Origin: an uncultured Pelagibacteraceae bacterium
GTDB taxonomy: Bacteria > Pseudomonadota > Alphaproteobacteria > Pelagibacterales > AG-422-B15
DNA length: 64,000 nt
Reading direction: 5' to 3'
Assembly: GCA_902634765.1 (NCBI GenBank)
Contig: CACPLH010000001.1
Location: 44,533 to 108,532 of the forward strand
Positions within the stretch are counted from its first letter, which is position 1, and each line of letters opens with the position of its first letter. Under the pieces are notes generated by a model. The model saw only the letters and a list, made by a program, of their open reading frames with translations, had not been told where the DNA came from and did no database searches. A program made the position numbers and the translations under genes. Positions 55,415 through 64,000 of the stretch are shown here, one piece after another.

Positions 55415-57817
55415 ATGACAATAATTAAATATTTTTTATATCTTCTTGTTGCTGTTTTTTTATTTATTTCAACAGGGGTGGTTATATTAGATCGAGGTTT
55501 TTTTTCGGAATCTTTGGGGCCTGGTGAAATTCAAGGAAAAATAAATACTTCTGAGTTTGTAGCAAATAAAACTGAAAATTACAAAAATGCCGCAAAGTCT
55601 CTCAATACAAATAACGAAAAACAAATTTTATTTGGTGATCTTCATGTTCATTCTACATTTTCATTAGATGCTCATCAAATGAGCTTACCTATTGTTGGTG
55701 GAGTTGGGGTTCATCCAGTTGCAGATGCATGTGACTTTGCTCGACACTGTTCTGCACTTGATTTTTGGTCGATCAATGATCATGCAGAAAGTCTAACCCC
55801 TAAGAGATGGAAAGAAACAAAAGAGACGATCCGAAAATGTAATCAACTTAATATTGATAAAGAAAATCCAGACTGTGTAGCTTTTCTAGGTTGGGAATGG
55901 ACACAAGTTGGGGCTAACCGGGGTACACATTGGGGACATCATAATGTTATTTTAGCTGAAGAGGAAGAAGCTCTAGTACCCGTAAGACCTATTGCTTCGC
56001 AAAGTATTGCTCGTCAAGTACTTGGAAATGCTCCTGACTGGCCAAATGTATCTTTTGCATTTATTGATATGAAAAATTTTAAGAGATACCTTGATTTTAA
56101 TAAATATGTCACAGAGATTTTAGATACACCAATATGTGAGAGAGGAGTACCATCGAAAGAGCTTCCAATAGATTGCAGTGAAGATGCATTAACACCACTT
56201 GTATTGGCCAATAAAGTAAATGAATACGACAGTGATTATATAATTATTCCACATGGACAAACATGGGGACTGTATACACCTAAAGGTTATACCTTGGATA
56301 AAGGGCTAGAACTTTCAAAGCAGTACCCTCATCAATTTGATCTACTTGAGATTCACTCTGGTCATGGAAATGCTGAAGAATATAGATCTTGGCGTGCAGG
56401 CAATGTAACAAGAGAGTCAGAAGTTGTTGTTGATACCATGATTAACGTGAGAGACGTAAATAAATTAGATTTTCAAACTGGTACTTTAGTTGCTACGGTA
56501 GATGGAAAAGAAAGATCATTTGATTTCGGCACTCAAGTGTGCCCAGAGCCTTCGGAAAACTACACACCCCAATGTTGGAAGTTAGGAGAGATTATATATG
56601 AGAGATGTATAAAAGCTGGTGTGAACGAAAAAGAATGTAATGAGCGAAAAGTTAAGACACAACAAATTGTTGTAGATCGTGGTCGTACAGGAGTAAATGC
56701 TATCTCAAATTTATCTGAACGGGATAAACTAGACTCAGGTCAGTGTCGTGATTGTTTTTCTCCCGCAATGAATTATGTGCCTGGTGGGAGTGCTCAGTAT
56801 GGAATGGCTCTTACAAAATTTAAGGATGATGGATCTAAGCATCGATTTAAATATGGATTTATTTCATCTAGTGATAATCATCAGGCTGCTCCAGGTTCAG
56901 GTTATAAAGAACTGTTTCATACAAGTGTTGACGGTGTAGGACCACCAAATGAATTATTTGATAAATTTATACATATGAAACCTTATACTATCGGTGCTAA
57001 AAATGAAGATCCCGTTGGGGATGCATATATATCTGATGATAAGCCTATTGATTTTGATCTTACTAAACTAACCCTTGGGTTTAATACAATCGAATGGGAG
57101 CGACAAAGATCATTTTTTCAAACAGGTGGATTAGCGGCAGTACACTCTGAAGGAAGGTCAAAAGAAGAAATTTGGGATGCTTTCAAGAGACATGAAACTT
57201 ATGCAACAAGTGGTCCAAGAATTCTACTCTGGTTTGATCTTGTGAATAATCAAGATAGCACAAATGGAAAATCACCTATGGGCTCTCTTGTAGAAATGAG
57301 TCAGAATCCTGAATTTGAAGTTAGAGCTATGGGATCATATATTCAAAAAAGTGGATGTCCAGAAGATGCATATAAAGCACTTGGAGAAGACCGTGTGAAT
57401 GAGCTTTGCTATAATGAATGTTATAATCCATCTGATGAACGTAAGAAGATAACAAGAATTGAGGTTATTAGAGTTTGGCCACAAGAATATATCAATCAAC
57501 CAATAGATGAAAGAATTGAAGACACATGGTTAGTTCACAATTGTGATACTGACAAAATCGGATGTAGATTCACTTTTACTGATCCAGATTTCTCAACTAT
57601 GCAATCTGATGTTAGTTATTATGCGAGAGCAATTGAAGAACCATCGCCCATAATAAATGTGAAGGGTGCTCACTGTATTTATGATAACGAAGGAAATTGT
57701 TCAGAGTTCAAAATTTGTACTCAAGATTGGAAAAACCCGCGAGACCTCGAAGCATGTACTAGCATTGATGAACCAAGAGCATGGTCATCTCCAATATATT
57801 TACATTACAAATCATAA
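55415..57817 (+). CDS. DUF3604-family PHP-like metal-dependent protein, Cys-rich, membrane-anchored or secreted
   Basis: FGDLHVHSTFSLDA, SINDHAE, IIPHGQTWG, EIHSGHGNAE, SSSDNHQAAPG and ETYATSGPRILLWF motifs. About 21 Cys. I prefer the ATG at 55415 (MTIIKYFLYLL...) over the track's 55364. Confidence 0.65.
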   Translation: MTIIKYFLYLLVAVFLFISTGVVILDRGFFSESLGPGEIQGKINTSEFVANKTENYKNAAKSLNTNNEKQILFGDLHVHSTFSLDAHQMSLPIVGGVGVHPVADACDFARHCSALDFWSINDHAESLTPKRWKETKETIRKCNQLNIDKENPDCVAFLGWEWTQVGANRGTHWGHHNVILAEEEEALVPVRPIASQSIARQVLGNAPDWPNVSFAFIDMKNFKRYLDFNKYVTEILDTPICERGVPSKELPIDCSEDALTPLVLANKVNEYDSDYIIIPHGQTWGLYTPKGYTLDKGLELSKQYPHQFDLLEIHSGHGNAEEYRSWRAGNVTRESEVVVDTMINVRDVNKLDFQTGTLVATVDGKERSFDFGTQVCPEPSENYTPQCWKLGEIIYERCIKAGVNEKECNERKVKTQQIVVDRGRTGVNAISNLSERDKLDSGQCRDCFSPAMNYVPGGSAQYGMALTKFKDDGSKHRFKYGFISSSDNHQAAPGSGYKELFHTSVDGVGPPNELFDKFIHMKPYTIGAKNEDPVGDAYISDDKPIDFDLTKLTLGFNTIEWERQRSFFQTGGLAAVHSEGRSKEEIWDAFKRHETYATSGPRILLWFDLVNNQDSTNGKSPMGSLVEMSQNPEFEVRAMGSYIQKSGCPEDAYKALGEDRVNELCYNECYNPSDERKKITRIEVIRVWPQEYINQPIDERIEDTWLVHNCDTDKIGCRFTFTDPDFSTMQSDVSYYARAIEEPSPIINVKGAHCIYDNEGNCSEFKICTQDWKNPRDLEACTSIDEPRAWSSPIYLHYKS

Positions 57818-57980
57818 TAAGTTCAATAAGTTCAATAATTTAATCACTAATACTAACTAGCATGTTTAATGCCAATTTGACATAAAGTTCATTGACATGA
57901 TGGCATATGAGTCGAGTTGTTTCTTTAAGTCATCCAAAAGATAGTAGCTTAACTTAAATTTTTTAAACGGAGAAATTAGA

Positions 57981-59249
57981 ATGATAAAAAGAATAGTTTT
58001 ATATTCATTACTATTCACTTCTTTATTAAGTGTTAGCGCTTATGCAGGAACAGACGATGAAACTGCTTATGCTCTGAACACTCTATTATTTTTAATAAGT
58101 GGATTTTTAGTAATGTTGATGGCAGCAGGATTCTGTATGCTTGAATCAGGAATGGTTACATCTAAAAGTGTATCTACAATTGCTGCAAAAAATATTGGTT
58201 TATACTCGATAGCAGGACTGATGTTCTGGGTAATCGGTTATAACGTTGCTTATGGCATCCCCGAAGGTGGATATATTGGATCTTTTACACCTTGGAGTGA
58301 CGCTTCTGCGATTGAAACGGGCTATTCTGATGGTTCTGATTGGTGGTTTCAAATGGTCTTCTGTGCAACAACGGTATCAATTGTATCAGGTACCTTAGCT
58401 GAAAGAATCAAAATTTGGCCTTTCTTTTTATTCGCTGCGATTCTAACGGGTGTTATCTATCCTATTGAAATGGGATGGCAATGGGGAGGCGGTTGGTTGT
58501 CAGCTGCTGGCTTCTCAGATTTTGCTGGATCGACTCTTGTTCATGCAGCGGGTGGTGCAGCAGCATTAGCTGGTGCGATTGTACTCGGTCCTCGTCTTGG
58601 TAGATTTAGTAATGGTAAATTAGTTCCATTTGCTAGTTCATCTATTCCATTAGCAACTCTTGGAACTTTTATTCTATGGTTTGGCTGGTTTGGCTTTAAT
58701 GGTGGATCTCAATTAGCTCTAGCTGGTTTTGAAAATGCCACTGCCGTAGCTACCATTTATATCAATACAAATCTTGCTGCTTGTGCTGGTGTTATGACTT
58801 GTGCAGTTATTACAAGATTAGTTAATGGTAAAACTGATGTCATTATGATGCTAAATGGAGCACTTGGTGGACTTGTTGCTATTACAGCTGAGCCACTTAC
58901 TCCAACTCCATTAATGGCTATTATTATCGGTGCAATTGGTGGAATAATTGTAATACTTGGTACTCAAGCTCTAAACAAACTTCAGATTGATGATGTTGTA
59001 GGAGCTGTTCCAGTTCACTTATTTGCTGGAATTTGGGGTACTCTTGCTGTTCCTCTTACCAATAGTGGTACATCTTTTGGGCCACAGTTACTTGGTACAG
59101 CTTCAATTTGTGCTTTTGTTTTTGTAGTTTCATTCATTGTTTGGTCAATCATGAAAGCAACTATAGGCATTAGAATAAGTGAAGAAGCCGAGAAAGAAGG
59201 AACTGATATAGCTGAAACAGGTGTGACAGCTTACGCAATCAGAGACTAA
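57981..59249 (+). CDS. amtB: Ammonium transporter
   Basis: 422 aa with a signal peptide. Amt motifs FAGSTLVHAAGG and GWFGFNGGS. Confidence 0.95.
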   Translation: MIKRIVLYSLLFTSLLSVSAYAGTDDETAYALNTLLFLISGFLVMLMAAGFCMLESGMVTSKSVSTIAAKNIGLYSIAGLMFWVIGYNVAYGIPEGGYIGSFTPWSDASAIETGYSDGSDWWFQMVFCATTVSIVSGTLAERIKIWPFFLFAAILTGVIYPIEMGWQWGGGWLSAAGFSDFAGSTLVHAAGGAAALAGAIVLGPRLGRFSNGKLVPFASSSIPLATLGTFILWFGWFGFNGGSQLALAGFENATAVATIYINTNLAACAGVMTCAVITRLVNGKTDVIMMLNGALGGLVAITAEPLTPTPLMAIIIGAIGGIIVILGTQALNKLQIDDVVGAVPVHLFAGIWGTLAVPLTNSGTSFGPQLLGTASICAFVFVVSFIVWSIMKATIGIRISEEAEKEGTDIAETGVTAYAIRD

Positions 59250-59267
59250 TTTCCTCCTGACCTAAAG

Positions 59268-59320
59268 AAACGGTCCTGCAAATTTTCCCCTTAATTTTTT
59301 TTGCAGGACCGTTTTTATTT
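59268..59320 (+). terminator. Strong intrinsic terminator after amt
   Basis: AAACGGTCCTGCAAA ... TTTGCAGGACCGTTT (15-bp perfect stem, 17-nt loop) followed by a T-rich tail. Confidence 0.8.
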
Positions 59321-59356
59321 TGATTTTTTATATTTTCCTAATAAAGTCTTCTCCTA

Positions 59357-60307
59357 ATGGAAAATCACAAACATAAATTTGAAAAAAAGAAAGCTGGAGT
59401 ATTTTTTTTTAAATCCTCTAGTCCATTTGAATTTCATCATATTTTAAATGGTATAGACATAGAGCCTAAAGAGGAAATTTATGGCTCACTTATTTTTCCT
59501 GAAAATGTGAAACTTCCATGCCCTGCTGTAATTGCTGTTCATGGTAGTGCAGGACTAAGAGGAAATCATCATGACCATATTGTTAATCTGTTAGAAGCTG
59601 GTATTGCTGTTTTTAGAATTCATAGCTTTGAAGCAAGAGGTTTAATTTCAATTATTGAAGACCAAATGAGAGTGACTTTGGCTACAATGATTACGGACTC
59701 ATTTCGTGCACTCTCTTTGCTAACTCAACATCCTGATATAGATCCAAATAAAATTGGAATTATGGGTTGGAGCCTTGGAGGCAGTACATCTTTTTATTCT
59801 GCTTGGTCTCCAATAGTCAAAGCTTTGACGTTAGGAGTTGAAAAATTTTCAGCTCATCTTCCTCTTTATCCCGGAACTCATATTAAACCCGAAATAAATG
59901 AATGGACTGAAGCCCCAATGAGAATTTTATGTGGAGATGCTGATGATTATACTCCAACAAGTCTTGTCAAAAATATTCTTGAATATATAAAACCAGCCAA
60001 ATCAAATATAGACCTCATTACTTATCCAAATGCTCATCATTCCTTCGACTCTATCGATCCAATCGAATTCATTCCTTATGCCATTAGACTTACTGAAAAG
60101 TTTGCGGTTATTGATAAAAATTCTAATTTAACATTTTCCTTAGATGATGGAACCGTAATACCTTGTGATGATGCTGAAGGTCGTACGAATCTTATTAAGG
60201 CAGTCCCAGGCATAATGGGCGCTCATGCAGGCTGCAATTGGGAAGCTCGACGTCAGTGTCATAAAGATGTTATTTCCTTTTTCAAAAAAGAATTTTTAAA
60301 CTCATAG
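59357..60307 (+). CDS. Dienelactone-hydrolase-like alpha/beta hydrolase
   Basis: GWSLGG nucleophile elbow, and a downstream Asp/His (CGDADDY, NAHHSF). Confidence 0.65.
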   Translation: MENHKHKFEKKKAGVFFFKSSSPFEFHHILNGIDIEPKEEIYGSLIFPENVKLPCPAVIAVHGSAGLRGNHHDHIVNLLEAGIAVFRIHSFEARGLISIIEDQMRVTLATMITDSFRALSLLTQHPDIDPNKIGIMGWSLGGSTSFYSAWSPIVKALTLGVEKFSAHLPLYPGTHIKPEINEWTEAPMRILCGDADDYTPTSLVKNILEYIKPAKSNIDLITYPNAHHSFDSIDPIEFIPYAIRLTEKFAVIDKNSNLTFSLDDGTVIPCDDAEGRTNLIKAVPGIMGAHAGCNWEARRQCHKDVISFFKKEFLNS

Positions 60308-60327
60308 TTTATTTAGACTCTAAAGTG

Positions 60328-60356
60328 TTGACTCTGAGATTGAGCAGTGCAATAAT
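60328..60356 (+). promoter_or_regulatory. Putative umuDC promoter
   Basis: TTGACT, 17-nt spacer, AATAAT. Confidence 0.35.
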
Positions 60357-60358
60357 AA

Positions 60359-60373
60359 GAACAAAACAAGAAC
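60359..60373. promoter_or_regulatory. Alphaproteobacterial-type LexA (SOS) box GAAC-N7-GAAC
   Basis: GAACAAAACAAGAAC read directly. It lies 2 nt after the putative -10 and 17 nt before the umuD ATG. Confidence 0.6.
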
Positions 60374-60390
60374 AAATTAGTATTTAATCA

Positions 60391-60798
60391 ATGTTATTAA
60401 CCTTTTATAAAGAGGGTGTGGAATGTGGATTCCCATCTCCAGCCAGGGATTTTACCGAGAGCTCTATAGATTTAAATGAAGAGTTGATTCATCGCCCCAA
60501 CTCAACTTTTGTCGTTAGAGCACGCGGCCATTCAATGATTGATGCAGGCATCTCACCTGGTGATTTGATTATTGTTGATCGAAGTTTAAAGCCACGTCAT
60601 GGATCAGTAATAGTTGCAGTATTAGATGGAGAACTCAGTATTAAGACTCTTAGTATAAAAAGTAAAAATGATATTTTATTAAAATCAGCAAATAAAAACT
60701 ATGAGGATGTTCACGTTTCAGAAGAAATGGATTTTATGATTTGGGGTGTCTGTACATATGTAATTCATGATTTGAAAAAACTTAATTCTTCTTTATGA
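60391..60798 (+). CDS. umuD: Translesion synthesis protein UmuD (S24 LexA-like peptidase)
   Basis: Cys-Gly cleavage site (VECGFPSP), Ser nucleophile (GHSM) and Lys (SIKTL), aligned by eye to E. coli UmuD. Confidence 0.85.
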   Translation: MLLTFYKEGVECGFPSPARDFTESSIDLNEELIHRPNSTFVVRARGHSMIDAGISPGDLIIVDRSLKPRHGSVIVAVLDGELSIKTLSIKSKNDILLKSANKNYEDVHVSEEMDFMIWGVCTYVIHDLKKLNSSL

Positions 60799-62054
60799 AA
60801 AAAAAAATTTTTGCACTCGTAGACTGTAATGCATTTTATGTTTCTTGTGAAAGAGTGTTCAATCCAAAGTTAAATAACAAACCTGTGGTGGCACTGTCCA
60901 ATAATGATGGTTGTATTATCGCTAGATCTAAAGAAGCAAAAGCTCTCGGTATTAAGATGGGAGTTCCACTTTTTAAAGTTAAAGACATTGTAGAAAAAGA
61001 AAATGTAATTGTATTTTCATCTAACTACACTTTGTACGCAGATATGTCACGGCGAGTTATGAATATAATATCTGAGTTTGCTCCAAGTATTGAAGTTTAT
61101 TCAATTGATGAAGCATTTATTGAGTTAACCAATATGAATGTAGACTATGAGTCTTATGTTCGTCAGATGAGAAAAGTAATTTTACAATACACAGGTATTC
61201 CAGTTAGTATTGGTATTGCCTCAACAAAGACTTTAACAAAAGTAGCAAATCATATCGCTAAAGACGATGAGTCTTTAGAAGGCGTGTGTTCGCTAGTTAA
61301 ACATGAGAATTTAGATCAAGTTTTAGAAGATACTAACGTCGCAGATGTATGGGGTGTTGGACGACAGCTATCTAAGAAGTTAATAGCGAATGGTATATTT
61401 AATGCTAAATTATTGAAAAATTGTGAAGATGCATGGGTGCGAAAAATGATGAGTGTTAATGGATTAAAAACAGTATCTGAATTAAGAGAGATATCTTGTC
61501 TAGATTTGGAGGAAACTTCTGCTACTCGAAAAAGCTGTTGTACTACAAGATCATTTGGAAAACCATTGGTAAACCTTGATGATATAGAGCAGGCGGTTAC
61601 CACGTTTGCTCGTCGTGCGACAGAGAGAATTAGAGGTGAAAATTTAACTGCTTCCACAGTCTCTGTTTTCTTAAGAACAAATCCTTTTGATAGAAATCGT
61701 TATTATTCAAATAGTTCAACCACAACATTGAGTTATCCAACTTATGATACAATGCAGATAGTCAAGACAGCCTTACAGTTAACTAAAATAATTTTTCGAG
61801 AAAATTATAAGTATAAGAAGGCAGGAGTTTTATTAAGTGGGTTTTATGAAAAAGGTACTGAAACAAAAGATTTATTTTCTGAGGCAAGATATAGATCACC
61901 AAAATTGATGTCTGCAGTTGATCAAATTAATGAGCGTTATGGGAGTGATACAATTCAAATAGCAACAGAATGTCAGATAGGTAAATGGAAACAAAAGAGA
62001 AAGAATTGTACTCAGAGTTATACCACTCAACTTGATAACGTTTTATTAATTTAA
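60795..62054 (+). CDS. umuC: Y-family DNA polymerase V catalytic subunit UmuC
   Basis: ALVDCNAFYVSCERVF, SNNDGC and SIDEAF motifs. 4-nt overlap with umuD. Confidence 0.9.
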   Translation: MKKKIFALVDCNAFYVSCERVFNPKLNNKPVVALSNNDGCIIARSKEAKALGIKMGVPLFKVKDIVEKENVIVFSSNYTLYADMSRRVMNIISEFAPSIEVYSIDEAFIELTNMNVDYESYVRQMRKVILQYTGIPVSIGIASTKTLTKVANHIAKDDESLEGVCSLVKHENLDQVLEDTNVADVWGVGRQLSKKLIANGIFNAKLLKNCEDAWVRKMMSVNGLKTVSELREISCLDLEETSATRKSCCTTRSFGKPLVNLDDIEQAVTTFARRATERIRGENLTASTVSVFLRTNPFDRNRYYSNSSTTTLSYPTYDTMQIVKTALQLTKIIFRENYKYKKAGVLLSGFYEKGTETKDLFSEARYRSPKLMSAVDQINERYGSDTIQIATECQIGKWKQKRKNCTQSYTTQLDNVLLI

Positions 62055-62984
62055 ATTTTTAGATAAAAAACTCTCAAACACATTAACAATTTTATCTGGT
62101 ATTTTAGCACTCCCACCATGTCCACCAGTAAACATAAAGACGTCAGCATCATTATTTATTTTAATGATAGCTCGTACTGAGTCAGGAGAGACTTCTGTAT
62201 CATCATCGGCATAGGCAATATGAAATGGTATTTTATTTTTTGAAAAAACGTCGTAGATATATGTGTAGTTTTTGGGAAAAAGATTTCTTGAGGCTGAAAG
62301 AAGAGCGTATTCAGTTCCAGGTAGACTTAATTGATTAATATATTTTTCAATAAAGTCTTCGTTAATAAATTCTTCATTATTCCATTCAATAGCTCTTTTT
62401 TTTATTAATGGTAATCCAAAAAATCGCATCATTATTTCTCCGACAATAGGAACATTTAGAATTTTAAAAATGTAATTATCAATGTGAACAACTGGAACTT
62501 GTATTCCTACAGCTAATGAACGATCAATATGATTATTTGAATATTGGACTGCAATGGGTGCTCCCATTGAAACTCCATAAAGTATAAATTTATCAATTTT
62601 TAAATGATTAAGAAGTTCATCAAGTTGCAATTGATAAACATCCATAGAATATTTTATTTTAGGACGATCTGAGTAGCCTCGACCAAACTGGTCATAACAT
62701 ATCACCCAATAATTTAATTCACTAAGGCGCTGACAAAACTCTGAGTAGCCTTCAGATGGAAGTGTTCCTCCATGAATTACAATAATAGGTGTATTTTTCT
62801 TTGAGCCAAATTCTTTATATGCAGTTAAACCATTCGTTAATTTAACAAACTCATAATTTGAAGAATTTTGATATTCTATGAGATTCCCACTTTCACGGTT
62901 CATCAAATTGTACATTAGATATGCTAGAATTATAAAGATTAAGAGAGTAATGAGTACAAATTGATAAAACATATTCATTTTCAA
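62046..62984 (-). CDS. Membrane-anchored alpha/beta hydrolase
   Basis: N-terminal TM helix, HGG oxyanion motif, GVSMGA nucleophile elbow. Confidence 0.7.
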   Translation of the reverse strand: MKMNMFYQFVLITLLIFIILAYLMYNLMNRESGNLIEYQNSSNYEFVKLTNGLTAYKEFGSKKNTPIIVIHGGTLPSEGYSEFCQRLSELNYWVICYDQFGRGYSDRPKIKYSMDVYQLQLDELLNHLKIDKFILYGVSMGAPIAVQYSNNHIDRSLAVGIQVPVVHIDNYIFKILNVPIVGEIMMRFFGLPLIKKRAIEWNNEEFINEDFIEKYINQLSLPGTEYALLSASRNLFPKNYTYIYDVFSKNKIPFHIAYADDDTEVSPDSVRAIIKINNDADVFMFTGGHGGSAKIPDKIVNVFESFLSKNLN

Positions 62985-63073
62985 TAAAATTTAGATCTAA
63001 TTGTTAGTTGCTTAAGAACCCTCATTTTGCTAGCATAAATACCCTATAATAAAAATAAAAAAGGTAATTAATA

Positions 63074-64000
63074 ATGAAAAAATCAATATTTGCTTTCCTA
63101 ACAAGCATCTTAGTATTAATGGGTCTCAATATTCATGCATACTCTCAAGATGTAAAGGTAGGAATTATACTTGGTTTCACGGGTCCAATTGAATCTTTGA
63201 CACCAACAATGGCTTCTTCAGCAGAACTTGCTTTTAAAGAAGCAACGGACGCTGGCATTTTGGGGGGTGTAACATTAACTCCAATTAGAGCTGACTCAAC
63301 TTGTATTGATGCTGCAGCTGCAGTGTCTGGAGCTGAAAGACTTGTCACATCAGATAATGTTGCAGCAATTATGGGTGCCGATTGTTCAGGAGTGACAACT
63401 GCAATTACAAATAATGTTGCTGTTCCAAACGGTGTAACAATTATTTCTCCTTCTGCAACATCTCCAGCACTAACGACAATTGAAGATAAAGGATTTTTCT
63501 TCAGAACGGCGCCTTCAGATGCGCGTCAAGGACAAGTTCTTGCTCAAGTTGTAATGGATAGAGGAATTAAAAAACTGGCAGTAACTTATACAAACAATGA
63601 TTACGGTAAAGGTTTATCAGATAGTTTCGTAGGTGCATTCAAAGCCATGGGTGGAGAAGTAACTATTGAAGTTCCTCATGAAGATGGAAAAGCTGATTAT
63701 TCTGCTGAAGTAAGTACGTTATCAGCTTCAGGCGCTGAAGAGCTTGCTGTTCTTGGTTATGTTGACCAAGGTGGGAAAGGCATTATCCAAAACTCACTTG
63801 ATACTGATGCTTTTTCAAGATTTATCTTAGCTGATGGTATGATTGGTCAAAGCTTGATTGATAACGTTGATGGTGATCTAACTGGTACATTTGGTACTTT
63901 ACCTGGAAATGAATCAGATGGAGCTGCAATGTTTATTAAAATGGCAAGTGCAAATGGTATTCCTGGTGATGGACCATTTGAACAAGAGTCTTACGATGCT
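63074..64000 (+). CDS. ABC-transporter periplasmic substrate-binding protein, LivK/branched-chain amino acid family, 3' end outside the window
   Basis: Not in the ORF track because there is no stop within the window. ATG at 63074 after AAGG. Signal peptide MKKSIFAFLTSILVLMGLNIHAYS, then VKVGIILGFTGP...FFFRTAPSD typical of Peripla_BP_6. Frame is open for 309 codons to the window edge. Confidence 0.8.
   Translation, partial: MKKSIFAFLTSILVLMGLNIHAYSQDVKVGIILGFTGPIESLTPTMASSAELAFKEATDAGILGGVTLTPIRADSTCIDAAAAVSGAERLVTSDNVAAIMGADCSGVTTAITNNVAVPNGVTIISPSATSPALTTIEDKGFFFRTAPSDARQGQVLAQVVMDRGIKKLAVTYTNNDYGKGLSDSFVGAFKAMGGEVTIEVPHEDGKADYSAEVSTLSASGAEELAVLGYVDQGGKGIIQNSLDTDAFSRFILADGMIGQSLIDNVDGDLTGTFGTLPGNESDGAAMFIKMASANGIPGDGPFEQESYDA

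Noticed and set aside
57901-57915. TGGCAT-N5-TCGA resembling a sigma-54 (-24/-12) promoter upstream of amt.
   Set aside because: The -12 element lacks the GC dinucleotide (TCGA rather than TTGC), and streamlined SAR11-type genomes are not known to me to encode RpoN.

Overview
This is a visibly AT-rich window (about 30% GC by eye, not computed) with almost no non-coding DNA. Motifs and gene order mark it as alphaproteobacterial. The supporting synteny is irr next to fabA-fabB-fabI, pckA next to chvI-chvG-ahcY-tsaE, a RegB/RegA pair, and a GAAC-N7-GAAC SOS box. Composition and compaction fit a streamlined marine lineage such as Pelagibacterales (SAR11-like); that placement is inference.

About 57 protein genes are supported. 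1-27.5 kb is core housekeeping: nusA-infB-rbfA-truB-rpsO-pnp, purF, fabIBA, irr, dut, coaBC, ubiBE, mutM, rpsT and dnaA-dnaN-recF-gyrB. 27.5-49 kb mixes core and regulatory genes: regBA, polA, pckA, chvIG, ahcY, tsaE. 49-64 kb looks more accessory: a TauD / EamA / alkylsulfatase module, a HupE-like / PPIase-like / DUF3604 module, amt, LexA-boxed umuDC, two hydrolases and a LivK-type binding protein.

I found no rRNA, tRNA, CRISPR array, transposase, integrase or obvious phage or defence gene.

The items most worth follow-up are:
- An Irr-box plus Fur-like palindrome on the promoter of a rubrerythrin / CCG Fe-S protein / DUF3501 operon.
- A divergent envelope module of a Cys-rich DUF3604 PHP-like protein with a PPIase-like chaperone and an extended HupE/UreJ-like permease.
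- A diiron-carboxylate protein divergent from a stand-alone MMPL/RND transporter.
- A (6-4)-photolyase-type protein that lacks the cysteines needed for the family's [4Fe-4S] cluster.

None of these is proven to be a novel system. All family calls rest on motif recognition by eye, with no database search.
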